DNA of 20,000 nt from the IMG/VR virus record IMGVR_UViG_3300033992_000883. The stretch is one strand, 5' to 3'. The translations under genes and the position numbers were made by a program. This DNA is from an uncultured virus (IMG/VR IMGVR_UViG_3300033992_000883) (lineage: Duplodnaviria; Heunggongvirae; Uroviricota; Caudoviricetes). The notes beneath the pieces were generated by a model. It worked only from the letters and a program-made list of their open reading frames with translations. It ran no database searches and was not told the origin of the DNA. Shown piece by piece: positions 1 through 9,826 of the stretch; position 1 is the stretch's first letter; each line of letters begins with the position of its first letter.

Positions 1-1000
1 CTAACAAGTGTCCAAGTAAGTTTGTAGGTCTACCTGAAATAGAAGGATAATTAGGTTGCACTAATCCAGAGTATAATGCACTTTGAACTTTTCTATCTAG
101 TCTAACACCACCTAATTCACCAACTGAAAGTGTATTATAAACATTATCTTGATAAGCTCTAGCTTGTTCAGCTTGTTGTTGTTTTTTATACTCTTGTTCT
201 GCAAGTTGTCTATTCACTATACTCTCTTGCATTTTATCTAACTTTGGTTTAAACTGTTGAGCCTTTTGTTGTAGTCTACCTAGTTGGTTCCAGTCTTCAA
301 TTTCTTCTTCAATTTCTTCTGGAGTTCCAAAGTTAGTTGCGTATAAATACTGTCTTGCTATTTCAGCTTGATCATACTCATTAGAGGGATCTAATTCTCT
401 CATCTCTTCTACCTGTGCAAGAGTTCTAAATAGACCTTTAAGGTCTTGTCCTCCATCAGCTACATATTTTGCAGCATATTGTAGTTCTTCAGGAAGTGAT
501 TGGAAAAATTCTCTTGGAGTATTCTCTCTAATTCTTGCTTCTCTATCTTGGAAGTTAGCTTCAAATAACTCTCTGAAATCTTTAGTAGTATATTCTTCTA
601 AAGGTTTCTCATCATCAAAAGGCATTAGAGTTCCTTCCTCAATCATTTTACTTGCAAGTTCAGCAAGACCAGATTTATCAACCTTTGGTCTTCCTTTATT
701 ACCAGCTTCTTCTTCTTGAGAGATAAGTTCATTAAGTTCATTAATGGTCTCTTCTACTTCAATCTTCTTTTCTGCAGCTTCCTGTTTTTCTTCAGCAGTT
801 GTTGCAGGATTATCAAAGAACGTCATATCTGTTTTCTCCGCAGTAAAAACAGATTTTTTTTCTGGTTCTTTTTGATCATCTGGTAACATGATGTTTTCAG
901 CACCAGGTACACCAAAAAGAGAATCAATATCTACATCTACTTGTTCTACCGTTGTAGAATCTTGCACCTGATCATCAGGTTTGTTGTTGGTTGTTTCCAT
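1..1000 (-). CDS. Acidic helical protein following the portal gene; probable crAss-like scaffold-type/structural gene preceding the major capsid protein (truncated at window edge)
   Basis: Not in ORF track. Manual translation from ATG at 1000 gives METTNNKPDDQVQDSTTVEQVDVDIDSLFG...FFQSLPEELQYAAKYVADGGQDLKGLF...PSISGRPTNLLGHLL, open for 333 codons to the window edge. Glu/Asp/Gln-rich. Position matches the crAss-like order TerL-portal-conserved gene-MCP. Confidence 0.75.
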   Translation of the reverse strand, partial: METTNNKPDDQVQDSTTVEQVDVDIDSLFGVPGAENIMLPDDQKEPEKKSVFTAEKTDMTFFDNPATTAEEKQEAAEKKIEVEETINELNELISQEEEAGNKGRPKVDKSGLAELASKMIEEGTLMPFDDEKPLEEYTTKDFRELFEANFQDREARIRENTPREFFQSLPEELQYAAKYVADGGQDLKGLFRTLAQVEEMRELDPSNEYDQAEIARQYLYATNFGTPEEIEEEIEDWNQLGRLQQKAQQFKPKLDKMQESIVNRQLAEQEYKKQQQAEQARAYQDNVYNTLSVGELGGVRLDRKVQSALYSGLVQPNYPSISGRPTNLLGHLL

Positions 1001-1023
1001 GTTGTTGGTTTTATGTTATACTT

Positions 1024-1035
1024 TAATATACAAAA
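1024..1035 (-). promoter_or_regulatory. Putative phage late promoter motif TTTTGTATATTA
   Basis: 23 nt upstream of the ATG at 1000; same motif at 11548, 15929 and 18666. Confidence 0.6.
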
Positions 1036-1090
1036 TAAACTTGGAAAATTTAAAAGCTAAAAAAAAATTTTTTGCACTATATAGCTAAAC

Positions 1091-3841
1091 CTATTTTTTC
1101 TTTTTATCAGAAGATTTAGAATCATACTTATTTTTATTAACTCTTGCTATTTCTAACTGTTTATTTGCAATATCTTGTTGTGCTTGTAATTTTTGTTGTT
1201 CAATACTCATTTTTTGTGAATGCATTACCATATTGTCACTTTGCTTTTGTCTCTGGATATTAGTTTGATCTCTATACTGTTCAGTTTCTCTAATTTCTTT
1301 CATAGCATCTTTAAAGTCAGATTCTTGATTTTGATTAACATCAGCCATAGATCCATATCCAGCAGCTCTAATTTCAGCTACAGTAATATCTTTCTGAATC
1401 ATCTTATCATCTCTAGCAGCAGCTGCATCAATTTCCATTTGTTTTTGTTTCTCTTGAGAAGCCAACTGTTCTTGTTGCATTTGCTGTTGTTGTTGCATTT
1501 CTTGTTGTTTCTGATCTTGTAATCTTTTCTCAGACATTTTAAGAACTGTATTAAGTTCAGAAATTGATTCTGATTGTACAATTTTACCAAGATCATAAAC
1601 AGAGGCACCTGTAGTATTATTTTGCATAGCCATTTGTTTAAGTTGTTCAAGAACAGCTCTATGGTTTGCAGTTGTACTACAGAATATATTTAAGTCTCTC
1701 ATTAAAAGATCAGTGCCATCTACTTGGAATGTTACTTTTTCATCAGCTTCAGTAATATATGTAAGTCTTGTTGATGGTTTTGTACTATGATAATACTGTG
1801 CTAAGTCAGTTCTCATTTGGTGAACTCTTGGCATTAAGTAATCACAGTGCTGCATGAAGTAAGTTTCTGTTTGTGCATATGAAGCTGCAGTAGCTTGTTC
1901 TACTCCAGTTGCAGTCATTTGAGCTATCTGCTGTCCCATTCTTTGGGGACTAACACCTATTACTTCATAAGCTTGTTGCTTAAAGTGGTTAGCTAACTGT
2001 ATCCTTGACATTAATCTCTCTGTCTGAGATAGATCTAGTTTTTGGAAATGTTGGAAGTTTAATGCATTCTCTGTATTTGTGATAGATGTATCTAGAGGAA
2101 GCATCTGGAAGTTCTTCATTGCTACATAAGCTTTAGCCAAATTACCTTTACCCCAATCTTCTCCTAATGAGTGTCTTGGTAAAGTATTCTGGTCAAGCAT
2201 GATGATAGTACCTAATTCATCTACTAAGATATCTGCTATTTGATTATTAACTATGTTATAACCAATCTGGTATGGTTTCATTAAGTCAATAAGTGCAGTA
2301 GACTTAGTATTTCTATCTGAGAAAACAGATCCTTCTACTGGAAGTTTACAACCATATAAACTATTGTCACCTTTAAACTGAAATTTAACAGGTCCTATAT
2401 TATGTCTATTCACTCCAATATAAATAGGTGTAAAACCACCCGGATTATTCATACCCCAGAATGAAGGAATATTAGGTCCAATTTTAATTCCACCCCAGGT
2501 TTCATTAATCCAAATCCAATCTATATGTTCTCCATAAATTAGATTATCTCTACTCTTGTTTTTAAAGAGTCTAGTATCATATATTGGTTTATCTGTAACT
2601 GTATAATCTTCACTAATAATTTCAGTTAACACTTCACCTGTTTCTGTTACTTTAGTTAGATGACCTACTTTTTTCTGTGACTTCCAATAAGCTTGAGTTA
2701 CTCTAAGTAGATAAGCAGTACCCTGGTCATAATAGTCTTCTCCCTCAGACATTATTTGAGTAATAATATCAGAACCATCAAGAACATTACCCGCCATAAA
2801 AGATGTATACTGTCTATATGCAAGTGATGGCATATTAGTATTCCAGTCATGAGGTTTGGTACCATCATAGAAAGCACCATCATTTTGTAGACCTCCTATA
2901 TTATAAACTGCAGATCTAATTGGATATATAGCTTCTAATGCGGCTAATTCATCTTCACTCATTAAATAACCAAATCTATCAATTACATCTGAAGGAGTAA
3001 ACATTTCAGTTTTACCTACCCAGTTAGCTTGTGATACATATCTTATATCTGGTGACTTATGATAAAATGTAAGAACCGGATTCCAAAGTTCTACTTCATA
3101 ATCATCTTCCATCATTCTAAAATGCCAGAACTCTCTATCAGTAATAAGCATATCTCTAAATGCTCTTTCCTCAAGTTCATCCATTTTAAATCTTTCAACA
3201 TCAACTTTATGTTGATGACTAGCCCATTGTTCAATTATTGATCTATAGTCTTTTTGAAAAAACTTTTCAATCTCAGGTAATGATTTAACTTTATCAGGAG
3301 CAATTTGTTCTTGTGCTTCTGGTGAATTTGGATCTAAACCTTGTTGAATTAATGCGGATATAATTTTTGTTTGTGCATCTGACATTAATGTTTCTTCAAT
3401 CATTGCTCTTTTTTGTTCAAGCATTTCATTATAAGAAATATCATCAACAGCTCTATAACTTAATTTAGTTGATCTTTTAGCAAATTCAGCTACCAGAACA
3501 TTAATAACATTTGGAATGATTGGATAAAACTTTAATTCTAAGGCAGAAGAATCTTCTTTAGTAAGAAGTTCAATTATATCTCTATACTCATTATCTTCTT
3601 CAACTATATAATCTGTTCTATCAATTATACCTTTAGCTAGTTTATAATTTTTCATTAGTCTTCTAGCATTTCTACGGATTTGTTTTAATCCTTGCCATTC
3701 TAACCAATCAAGATTCCAAGCTGCCCATTGATCATCCTTATCTTTTTTAGGTATGAACTGTAGAGGCTGTGTCACACTACCTAGACGGTTATGATCTACT
3801 TTGGCCCCTTTTTTTATTTGCATTGCATTATATACCTGCAT
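1091..3841 (-). CDS. Portal protein (crAss-like)
   Basis: 916 aa directly after TerL; YPIIPNVINVLVAEF and MKPYQIGYNIVNNQI segments, QQAYEVIGVSPQRMGQ...TATGVEQA portal-like motif, Q-rich coiled-coil C-terminus. Confidence 0.88.
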   Translation of the reverse strand: MQVYNAMQIKKGAKVDHNRLGSVTQPLQFIPKKDKDDQWAAWNLDWLEWQGLKQIRRNARRLMKNYKLAKGIIDRTDYIVEEDNEYRDIIELLTKEDSSALELKFYPIIPNVINVLVAEFAKRSTKLSYRAVDDISYNEMLEQKRAMIEETLMSDAQTKIISALIQQGLDPNSPEAQEQIAPDKVKSLPEIEKFFQKDYRSIIEQWASHQHKVDVERFKMDELEERAFRDMLITDREFWHFRMMEDDYEVELWNPVLTFYHKSPDIRYVSQANWVGKTEMFTPSDVIDRFGYLMSEDELAALEAIYPIRSAVYNIGGLQNDGAFYDGTKPHDWNTNMPSLAYRQYTSFMAGNVLDGSDIITQIMSEGEDYYDQGTAYLLRVTQAYWKSQKKVGHLTKVTETGEVLTEIISEDYTVTDKPIYDTRLFKNKSRDNLIYGEHIDWIWINETWGGIKIGPNIPSFWGMNNPGGFTPIYIGVNRHNIGPVKFQFKGDNSLYGCKLPVEGSVFSDRNTKSTALIDLMKPYQIGYNIVNNQIADILVDELGTIIMLDQNTLPRHSLGEDWGKGNLAKAYVAMKNFQMLPLDTSITNTENALNFQHFQKLDLSQTERLMSRIQLANHFKQQAYEVIGVSPQRMGQQIAQMTATGVEQATAASYAQTETYFMQHCDYLMPRVHQMRTDLAQYYHSTKPSTRLTYITEADEKVTFQVDGTDLLMRDLNIFCSTTANHRAVLEQLKQMAMQNNTTGASVYDLGKIVQSESISELNTVLKMSEKRLQDQKQQEMQQQQQMQQEQLASQEKQKQMEIDAAAARDDKMIQKDITVAEIRAAGYGSMADVNQNQESDFKDAMKEIRETEQYRDQTNIQRQKQSDNMVMHSQKMSIEQQKLQAQQDIANKQLEIARVNKNKYDSKSSDKKKK

Positions 3842-3846
3842 AACTT

Positions 3847-6051
3847 TTATTTAATATTTTTGAAAGGTGATCTTTTAAAATTTTGATTATTAAAAGATGC
3901 ACCCTTACCCATGTTACGGAAAAGACTCTTATTTAATTTAAACAAATTTTCTGACTTTTGCAAGTTTTTAGCTACATCATCTAATATTGTTCTTTTATTA
4001 TAACCTCTATTAGACTGTTGAATTTTCATAAAAGCTACAAGTGCAGCAAAAGAAACTAATCTATCCACATTGACTCCTGGTGAATATTCTCTCATTTCTT
4101 TGATCAACATTGGATCTGGAATTCTTTCTATACCATATGTTGTTCTTACAACTGTACCATCTGTTTTTAACTCTTGATCTAATTCTTCTTTAGTAAACTC
4201 TATAGCATAACTAAGAAGATGTGCTTTAAATAGTGTACCTGTATTTTTCCAACCATATTCCTGAAATACATTAGCATTAGATCCAAGATCTTTTAAGAAC
4301 ATGATCTGACTTTTGGGTACTAAATATTTTTGTTTTCTTCTTTGGATCATATATTGGATAAACAAAGAAATATTATTTTCTACTAGTGTCCATGCATTAT
4401 AAATTTCAATAAGGAACTCTAGTTGTTTATGTGTTTGATTTATATCATCATATCTACCACACCAAGCAGCTACTATTTTACCTTGTTCTACATAGGTTTC
4501 TGTTTCTGTTCCTGTAACTTTAGTAACTTCAGTAGGTGCTTTCATTATGTAGATAGAACATAGAGATTCTGAAGTTGTAGTTTTACCTTCACCTACCGGG
4601 TCAATAGAAGCATAATAATATCCAAATTCTGGATTATCTATTGGTCTTTCCCAAACCACAATACAACCGGTTTTATCTTCGGTTTTTTTGTTTATTGGAA
4701 ATTCCATTATTGGCCTTTTATTACTTTTAATAAAACTTGGTTTTCCTTCAGCATCAGTAGATATATCTAAATATTCATAACCATACTCCTTATCTTCTAT
4801 TCTTCTTTCTTGAGCAGTAAGAAGATGTGGAGGAAATACAGATACTGTTCTGTGTGCAAATGCTTCTTTAATATTTCTTGGATGCTGTGATATTCTGAGC
4901 TGATACTCTTCTGGAGCTAACTCTTCTTTCCACTGTTTAAATTGTTTTTCTAATGCTTCTAATGCATCTTCTACAAGTGAATTACCATAATCATCTATAT
5001 AGGGCGGCATAGACCATTGTTCAGGAATAAATAAACCTGATAAACCTGCAGTACCTTTATCATCTATAAGATCAGTTTCCACTGCATAGATATCTTTAGC
5101 TGTAGGATTCATGATCATATCCTTAAGAGGAAGACATTGTGATAAATCACCTACAGATCCTGCAGCTATAAACATACCTGTTGTGATCATACCAGATCTC
5201 ATGGCCGGGCGCATGTACTCATATGTCTGATCCATCTTAGGAGCAATTCCGGCCTCCTCATGAAAGAAGTATTTAACCGGACCCCCTACACCATTTGTTG
5301 GATCTTTCTCAAATGACATACCTTGTATTGTACCTTTGAGACCAACTTCTGTATTTCTATCTCCTCTTCTTACTTGGATCTTTTGTTGCCACATCATTAC
5401 TTTGTCTGGTGACATAGGTCTATACCATGCTGTATGCTCATTTAAGAATGCTGCATATTCTTGTAAGAATTTCCAGGATCCTTTCTCATTGATATAATCT
5501 TTAAGACTAGCTCCCATCTTTAAAGTAACCCCTGCCTCAAACCATTGCTGATTTATAAACTTACCCATATGATAATAAGAAGAAGCTATCTGCCGTTTCT
5601 TTAAAATGGCTGCATGTTTATAGTTTAGCTCTGCAAGAAGTTCATAAAGAGCTAAGTGATACTGAGCATCTCTGATTTTAGCAAAACCAAATTTTTGTTC
5701 TTCCTTATCAAAGATAGGTAGGAAGTTTAACCACATATAGTATTCTCTTGCAAGAAACCATGTATCATCACCATCTTTAACTATGATACCTTTGCGGCAT
5801 TTAATCTTTTGCTCATCCCAATAATTTATAAAGTCTTTGGATTTAAAGGGAGCTGTACAATATACTCCATCTTTTTTAAATTTTTCTGACTCTGAAATAA
5901 ATATTTTATTGGTTGTTTCATTAAAATTATATTTTCCAGGTTCTTTAAATAAATCTCTGATGAATACACTGAAGTCATCTCTGGATTTAAAACTTGTGGT
6001 TGTCCAGTTTCCGTTGTCATAGGTTGGTATGTCTTGATAAATTTCACTCAT
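3847..6051 (-). CDS. terL: Terminase large subunit
   Basis: Walker A-like KKRQIASS, Walker B FFHEEAG, RNase H-like nuclease motifs ASIDPVGEG and DRLVSF; adjacent to portal. Confidence 0.93.
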   Translation of the reverse strand: MSEIYQDIPTYDNGNWTTTSFKSRDDFSVFIRDLFKEPGKYNFNETTNKIFISESEKFKKDGVYCTAPFKSKDFINYWDEQKIKCRKGIIVKDGDDTWFLAREYYMWLNFLPIFDKEEQKFGFAKIRDAQYHLALYELLAELNYKHAAILKKRQIASSYYHMGKFINQQWFEAGVTLKMGASLKDYINEKGSWKFLQEYAAFLNEHTAWYRPMSPDKVMMWQQKIQVRRGDRNTEVGLKGTIQGMSFEKDPTNGVGGPVKYFFHEEAGIAPKMDQTYEYMRPAMRSGMITTGMFIAAGSVGDLSQCLPLKDMIMNPTAKDIYAVETDLIDDKGTAGLSGLFIPEQWSMPPYIDDYGNSLVEDALEALEKQFKQWKEELAPEEYQLRISQHPRNIKEAFAHRTVSVFPPHLLTAQERRIEDKEYGYEYLDISTDAEGKPSFIKSNKRPIMEFPINKKTEDKTGCIVVWERPIDNPEFGYYYASIDPVGEGKTTTSESLCSIYIMKAPTEVTKVTGTETETYVEQGKIVAAWCGRYDDINQTHKQLEFLIEIYNAWTLVENNISLFIQYMIQRRKQKYLVPKSQIMFLKDLGSNANVFQEYGWKNTGTLFKAHLLSYAIEFTKEELDQELKTDGTVVRTTYGIERIPDPMLIKEMREYSPGVNVDRLVSFAALVAFMKIQQSNRGYNKRTILDDVAKNLQKSENLFKLNKSLFRNMGKGASFNNQNFKRSPFKNIK

Positions 6052-6566
6052 TACATGTCATATGCTAATCCTTGGCCACCTCTTACTCTACTTGATTGTT
6101 CTTCTTGAAGATCCTTATAAGCACCTTTAAATGATTGTCTTATTGCCTCATAGTTTTTAGCTGCAGCAATAAGTGAATTAAAGTTACCATCCCTACCATG
6201 GGTAATTGGTGTATGTTCCATATATCTTCCTAATCTATCTAACATGGAAGCAATACCTTTATATGCTCTTGATGTAGGAGTCTCATACATTCTTTGACAA
6301 AACTGTAAAGCTATAAAGATTGTTTCATCCTCGGTAGAAAAATCTGCATCAATCTGTTCTAGTATTATATGTTCTTTGTCTACATCCGGTGTAAAGAAAA
6401 AAGGATTAAGGTCCGGATTAGGACATGCCATGTAAAATAAATAAAGATAAATCTTTAAATAATCTTCTGGATATTCATCCATAACATCTTTCAAAGCTTT
6501 TAATGTATAACAATGTTCAGTAGGTATTACTACTCCATTCTGAACATCAAATAGTTTTGTAAACAT
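6051..6566 (-). CDS. Hypothetical helical protein upstream of TerL (small-terminase candidate)
   Basis: 171 aa, one-base stop/start overlaps with both neighbours; helical, C-terminal SRVRGG. Function inferred from position only. Confidence 0.55.
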   Translation of the reverse strand: MFTKLFDVQNGVVIPTEHCYTLKALKDVMDEYPEDYLKIYLYLFYMACPNPDLNPFFFTPDVDKEHIILEQIDADFSTEDETIFIALQFCQRMYETPTSRAYKGIASMLDRLGRYMEHTPITHGRDGNFNSLIAAAKNYEAIRQSFKGAYKDLQEEQSSRVRGGQGLAYDM

Positions 6567-7396
6567 TATTTCTTTTTAATTTTAGATTTGTTATCATAAA
6601 GATAATGAATTATTGCTTGTACTTCATCTATTAAATATGGTATTGCAATTGGTATGACTTCTTTTACAACAGGTTCCCCATTTTCATCTAACTTGGTTAT
6701 TGGATAGCCCCAGTTATCTTCTCTTTCTACTTGAAAGATTATATGATGAATAAATATTTTTCCCGGTTTTAGTTTAGGATTATGCTTCAATATAATGTAC
6801 ATATAAACACTCAATTGTAAAGCATAGTGATAAAAATTACAATCTTCAAGATTATCTACTGGTGGTAACATCATTTCTGATTTACCTTCCCAATCTACAT
6901 ATGATTCTGTATCAATTTTTTTATTAGTCTTGTAGTCAATGATATTTACTTTACCATTGACTACTTCAACTAAATCTGATTGTCCACAGATACCTATTGA
7001 TCTGAGATAAACCATATGTTCTGGATACACGCCTGGTTCTAGTTTTTGTGATGGTGCAATTTTGTCACCTTCTTTAAGTTCAGTTGGTTTAAATACAGGT
7101 ACTGTAACACCTTCTCTTTCCATTGATGCTAAAGAACAGATATCATCTTCTCTTTGGTTATGATACCATGTCCCTAGTGTAGTAGATCTGTCAGCTTCAT
7201 TTGTCCAGATTTGTTGGATAATTACTGGATCAATACCATACCATTTTGATCTTTTACTTTTACTAACTCTTTCAGCAACTTTCTTTGCATCAAAAGGTTT
7301 CTTAAAATGTGAAACAAGTGTAGTTACACTTATCCAATCAATAGCTTCTCCATCAATACTGGTATAACTATGATTATCTGCATTAAATTTTATCAT
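6566..7396 (-). CDS. PD-(D/E)xK nuclease (RecB/Cas4-like superfamily)
   Basis: SVTT near N-terminus, GTWYH, ICGQSDLV...IIDYKT, and HYALQLSVY (QxxxY) motifs. Confidence 0.85.
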   Translation of the reverse strand: MIKFNADNHSYTSIDGEAIDWISVTTLVSHFKKPFDAKKVAERVSKSKRSKWYGIDPVIIQQIWTNEADRSTTLGTWYHNQREDDICSLASMEREGVTVPVFKPTELKEGDKIAPSQKLEPGVYPEHMVYLRSIGICGQSDLVEVVNGKVNIIDYKTNKKIDTESYVDWEGKSEMMLPPVDNLEDCNFYHYALQLSVYMYIILKHNPKLKPGKIFIHHIIFQVEREDNWGYPITKLDENGEPVVKEVIPIAIPYLIDEVQAIIHYLYDNKSKIKKK

Positions 7397-7656
7397 TTCT
7401 TTAATTGTTCTATAGCAAGTATTGCTATGTTAAAATTTTCTTTATCTGGTGATCTTAGCATTTCAATCAAACTCTTTGCTGTATCAGATTCAATCTTTTT
7501 CCTTTCTTCCATCCACTCAACAAATCCTACAGCATTTTCCATTGCCATTGCATGTGCAATATAATCTGCTCCTGCCGCACCCACTGTTATACTTATATTT
7601 CTTCCTTGTGAAGCTATACCATCAGTCATCAAGGATTCTAGTTCTACCCAATTCAT
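7393..7656 (-). CDS. Hypothetical protein
   Basis: 87 aa, ATGA overlaps on both sides; C-terminal motif shared with 7653-7964. Confidence 0.7.
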   Translation of the reverse strand: MNWVELESLMTDGIASQGRNISITVGAAGADYIAHAMAMENAVGFVEWMEERKKIESDTAKSLIEMLRSPDKENFNIAILAIEQLKK

Positions 7657-7964
7657 GCAGTTTCAATAATAGATTCTGCTAAAGTTCTAGATGCTTGATC
7701 TTCAGACATTATCATCTTTCTTAGATTACTTACTTCTTCTTTATCAAATTTTCCCTCAAGATGAAGTATTCTTAGCAACATAAGTTTTTGAGTTGTTTTC
7801 AAATTCTTAATCTCAGCACTCATATCACTAATTGGATCATATGCTGTAGTATTATAATTACCATTATTAGTTAAAGTTCCATAAGGTGTTGGCTGAGCAT
7901 TAATAACTCTATTAGGGTCATTAACTAACATTCCAGCAGGGTATTTATTTGGATCTATGTACAT
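7653..7964 (-). CDS. Hypothetical protein
   Basis: 103 aa, tightly packed in operon; C-terminal motif shared with 7393-7656. Confidence 0.7.
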   Translation of the reverse strand: MYIDPNKYPAGMLVNDPNRVINAQPTPYGTLTNNGNYNTTAYDPISDMSAEIKNLKTTQKLMLLRILHLEGKFDKEEVSNLRKMIMSEDQASRTLAESIIETA

Positions 7965-7968
7965 AGTA

Positions 7969-8268
7969 TTAATCTTTAAGGTTATCTAATTTATCTTCTT
8001 CTTCTTCAGTAGCTATTGCTTCCCATTTATCTAGTGGACATGATGATGATAGTGATCTGGTTTTAAAATTAAGTGAGCATCCACATTCATTGCAACAAGG
8101 AGCAGTACCTTTTACAGCACATTTTCTACCTTTACTTGGACATTCTTCACAGATAGAATATCTCAATCTTGCTATTTCTTCTACAGTTTCATCCCGAATA
8201 ACAGAATTTGTTATACCCTCAATTATCTGATTCCGGTTCTGCCAAATTAGTTTTAATGTATTTTTCAT
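7969..8268 (-). CDS. Small Cys-rich, putative metal-binding protein
   Basis: RxxICxxCP...CCNECGC...KTRSLSSSCPLDKW pattern, common in small phage proteins. Confidence 0.7.
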   Translation of the reverse strand: MKNTLKLIWQNRNQIIEGITNSVIRDETVEEIARLRYSICEECPSKGRKCAVKGTAPCCNECGCSLNFKTRSLSSSCPLDKWEAIATEEEEDKLDNLKD

Positions 8269-8623
8269 CTTTTTTCTTTTTAAAAATTTCTTTTTCTAAA
8301 GCATCTTCATCTATTTTTTGACTTAGCTTTTCAAGAGCTTCAACTTTATCTTCAAGCATTTTCTTATTATAATAAGCTTTGAATGTTGATGTGTCATGTG
8401 ACACTAATCCTTTTTTATACCGATCAATAGATTTTTTAACCATGCTTGGTCTTGCTTCAAATAAACCTAATCCTTCAACATTTATCCGAGGATGTTTTAA
8501 ATTAGTTAGACTACTTCTTATCTCTTTATAAAAAGTTTGAATTAAATCTTCTACAAGTTCAACAGGAATGTTCATTTCCTCTGCTAATTCTCTATAGAGT
8601 AAGTTTGACTTTTTTGGTATCAT
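8219..8623 (-). CDS. HU/IHF-like DNA-binding protein
   Basis: LYRELAEEMNIPVELVEDLIQTFYKEIRSSL...RINVEGLGLFEAR resembles the HU/IHF helices and the GFGxF beta-arm start; IHF-like genes are typical of crAss-like phages. Confidence 0.72.
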   Translation of the reverse strand: MIPKKSNLLYRELAEEMNIPVELVEDLIQTFYKEIRSSLTNLKHPRINVEGLGLFEARPSMVKKSIDRYKKGLVSHDTSTFKAYYNKKMLEDKVEALEKLSQKIDEDALEKEIFKKKKDEKYIKTNLAEPESDN

Positions 8624-8979
8624 TTACCAAGAAATTTATAATCTAACAAAATACTACCCTCTGTTTGAATTTTTAAAACTGGATTAATCATTATTATTTT
8701 TTTGTTTTTTGAATCTTTTAAAACTAATCCATTCTTCTCACATTTATTTATACAGTTTCTTACTGTTTGTTCTGATTTAAAAATAGAATGTTCTTCTGAA
8801 GCTTCATAACAAAATCCAGTTAATTCAATAGGTCCAAGTTCACTAAGCAAAGTCAAGCATTGTAAGTCAGACTCACTCATTACTATACGGTTAATATAGC
8901 AATGAGTTAATATCTGATATTTAATAATGTCTTTTACAGACATTACTACTCTTTTTTGTACTTGATTTACTAAAGCCAT
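8620..8979 (-). CDS. Putative winged-helix DNA-binding protein
   Basis: MSESDLQCLTLL...SEQTVRNCINKCEKNGLVLK...KIIMINP resembles a wHTH. Confidence 0.55.
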   Translation of the reverse strand: MALVNQVQKRVVMSVKDIIKYQILTHCYINRIVMSESDLQCLTLLSELGPIELTGFCYEASEEHSIFKSEQTVRNCINKCEKNGLVLKDSKNKKIIMINPVLKIQTEGSILLDYKFLGK

Positions 8980-9290
8980 TACACTTCTCTTTTTAATTTT
9001 CTTTCAGTAGTTCTTGGTTCAGGAATTGATTGCTCAATATTTTCTTCTCTTTCATCATCTTCCATTAAACCATTATTCTCTTCATTTTGAACTTGATTCA
9101 TCATCATACCATACTGCACTTGAATACCTGTTCTTTTAAATCTAACCTCATCAATTTTAAAAAGCATCTCTTCATATTGAAGTTGTGCTTCTAAATAAGG
9201 TAGTGAGTCTTTGTAAAATTTAAGCATTTCTTTTCTTTTTGCTTCCATTTCCTCAGGTGTAAAACCCTTTTGGTTTTCTTGATTTTCCAT
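8979..9290 (-). CDS. Hypothetical protein, first gene of packaging operon
   Basis: 103 aa, charged and helical; preceded by host-type promoter. Confidence 0.7.
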   Translation of the reverse strand: MENQENQKGFTPEEMEAKRKEMLKFYKDSLPYLEAQLQYEEMLFKIDEVRFKRTGIQVQYGMMMNQVQNEENNGLMEDDEREENIEQSIPEPRTTERKLKREV

Positions 9291-9312
9291 TTTTATATTT
9301 TTAAAGTTTAGA

Positions 9313-9342
9313 CAAATATATTAAAAAAGTTTAAACTACAAA
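9313..9342 (-). promoter_or_regulatory. Bacteroidota-type promoter TTTG-N18-TATATTTG
   Basis: -33 TTTG at 9342-9339 and -7 TATATTTG at 9320-9313, just downstream of a terminator and 22 nt upstream of ATG 9290. Confidence 0.7.
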
Positions 9343-9351
9343 TATTTAAAC

Positions 9352-9383
9352 AAAAAAATCCAGGCATAGAACATACCTGGATT
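9352..9383 (-). terminator. Intrinsic terminator after lysis operon
   Basis: AATCCAGGTATG-TTC-TATGCCTGGATT followed by T-run on minus strand. Confidence 0.8.
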
Positions 9384-9406
9384 ACTATATGTAGTATAAT
9401 TTTATT

Positions 9407-9664
9407 TTAGTTTCTTATTCCTGGAACTCTTCTACTTCTATTATATTTTCTTCTTGACATTTTATTACCAGGACATTTTTTTACTTTTTTTGGTGGATAT
9501 CCTACCATCTCATAAGTACAATCACTATCGGCAGATGATGACATATCTGTAGTGCCTCCAAGTTCATAAGTTTTCATTGATCTTACCATTGGAGGAGTGC
9601 CACCTTTTTTCATTGACTTACAAAATACCATAGCATCTGTAACTCCTTTTAATCCGTTTTTCAT
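9407..9664 (-). CDS. Small basic protein with two [MY]xxGG motifs
   Basis: 85 aa, K/R-rich C-terminus, MKKGG and YELGG. Confidence 0.6.
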   Translation of the reverse strand: MKNGLKGVTDAMVFCKSMKKGGTPPMVRSMKTYELGGTTDMSSSADSDCTYEMVGYPPKKVKKCPGNKMSRRKYNRSRRVPGIRN

Positions 9665-9666
9665 AG

Positions 9667-9825
9667 TTATCTATTTTTAAATGTTAAGTTTAATATGGTA
9701 AAAGAGTAGAAGTTTCTATTTGGGTCTATCTCTATAGAGAACATATCAAGCATAGATACTCTAGCTCTAATGGTAATTGTCTTCCAATTAGGTTTGTGGC
9801 TTTTCCAGTTGTTTCTAAACTTCAT
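9667..9825 (-). CDS. Hypothetical protein (start revised to MKFRNNW)
   Basis: ATG at 9825 lies 1 nt after the endolysin stop; more plausible than the track's 9849 start. Confidence 0.55.
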   Translation of the reverse strand: MKFRNNWKSHKPNWKTITIRARVSMLDMFSIEIDPNRNFYSFTILNLTFKNR

Positions 9826-9826
9826 A

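Noticed and set aside
1440..1520. TTG/TGT microsatellite-like tract
   Set aside because: Simply encodes the Gln-rich coiled coil of the portal protein.
1091..6051. Intein or intron in terminase or portal
   Set aside because: Continuous ORFs of plausible length without splice-junction or homing-endonuclease motifs that I could see.
6566..7396. Cas4 or CRISPR system
   Set aside because: No four-Cys cluster pattern, no other cas genes, and no repeat-spacer array in the window.
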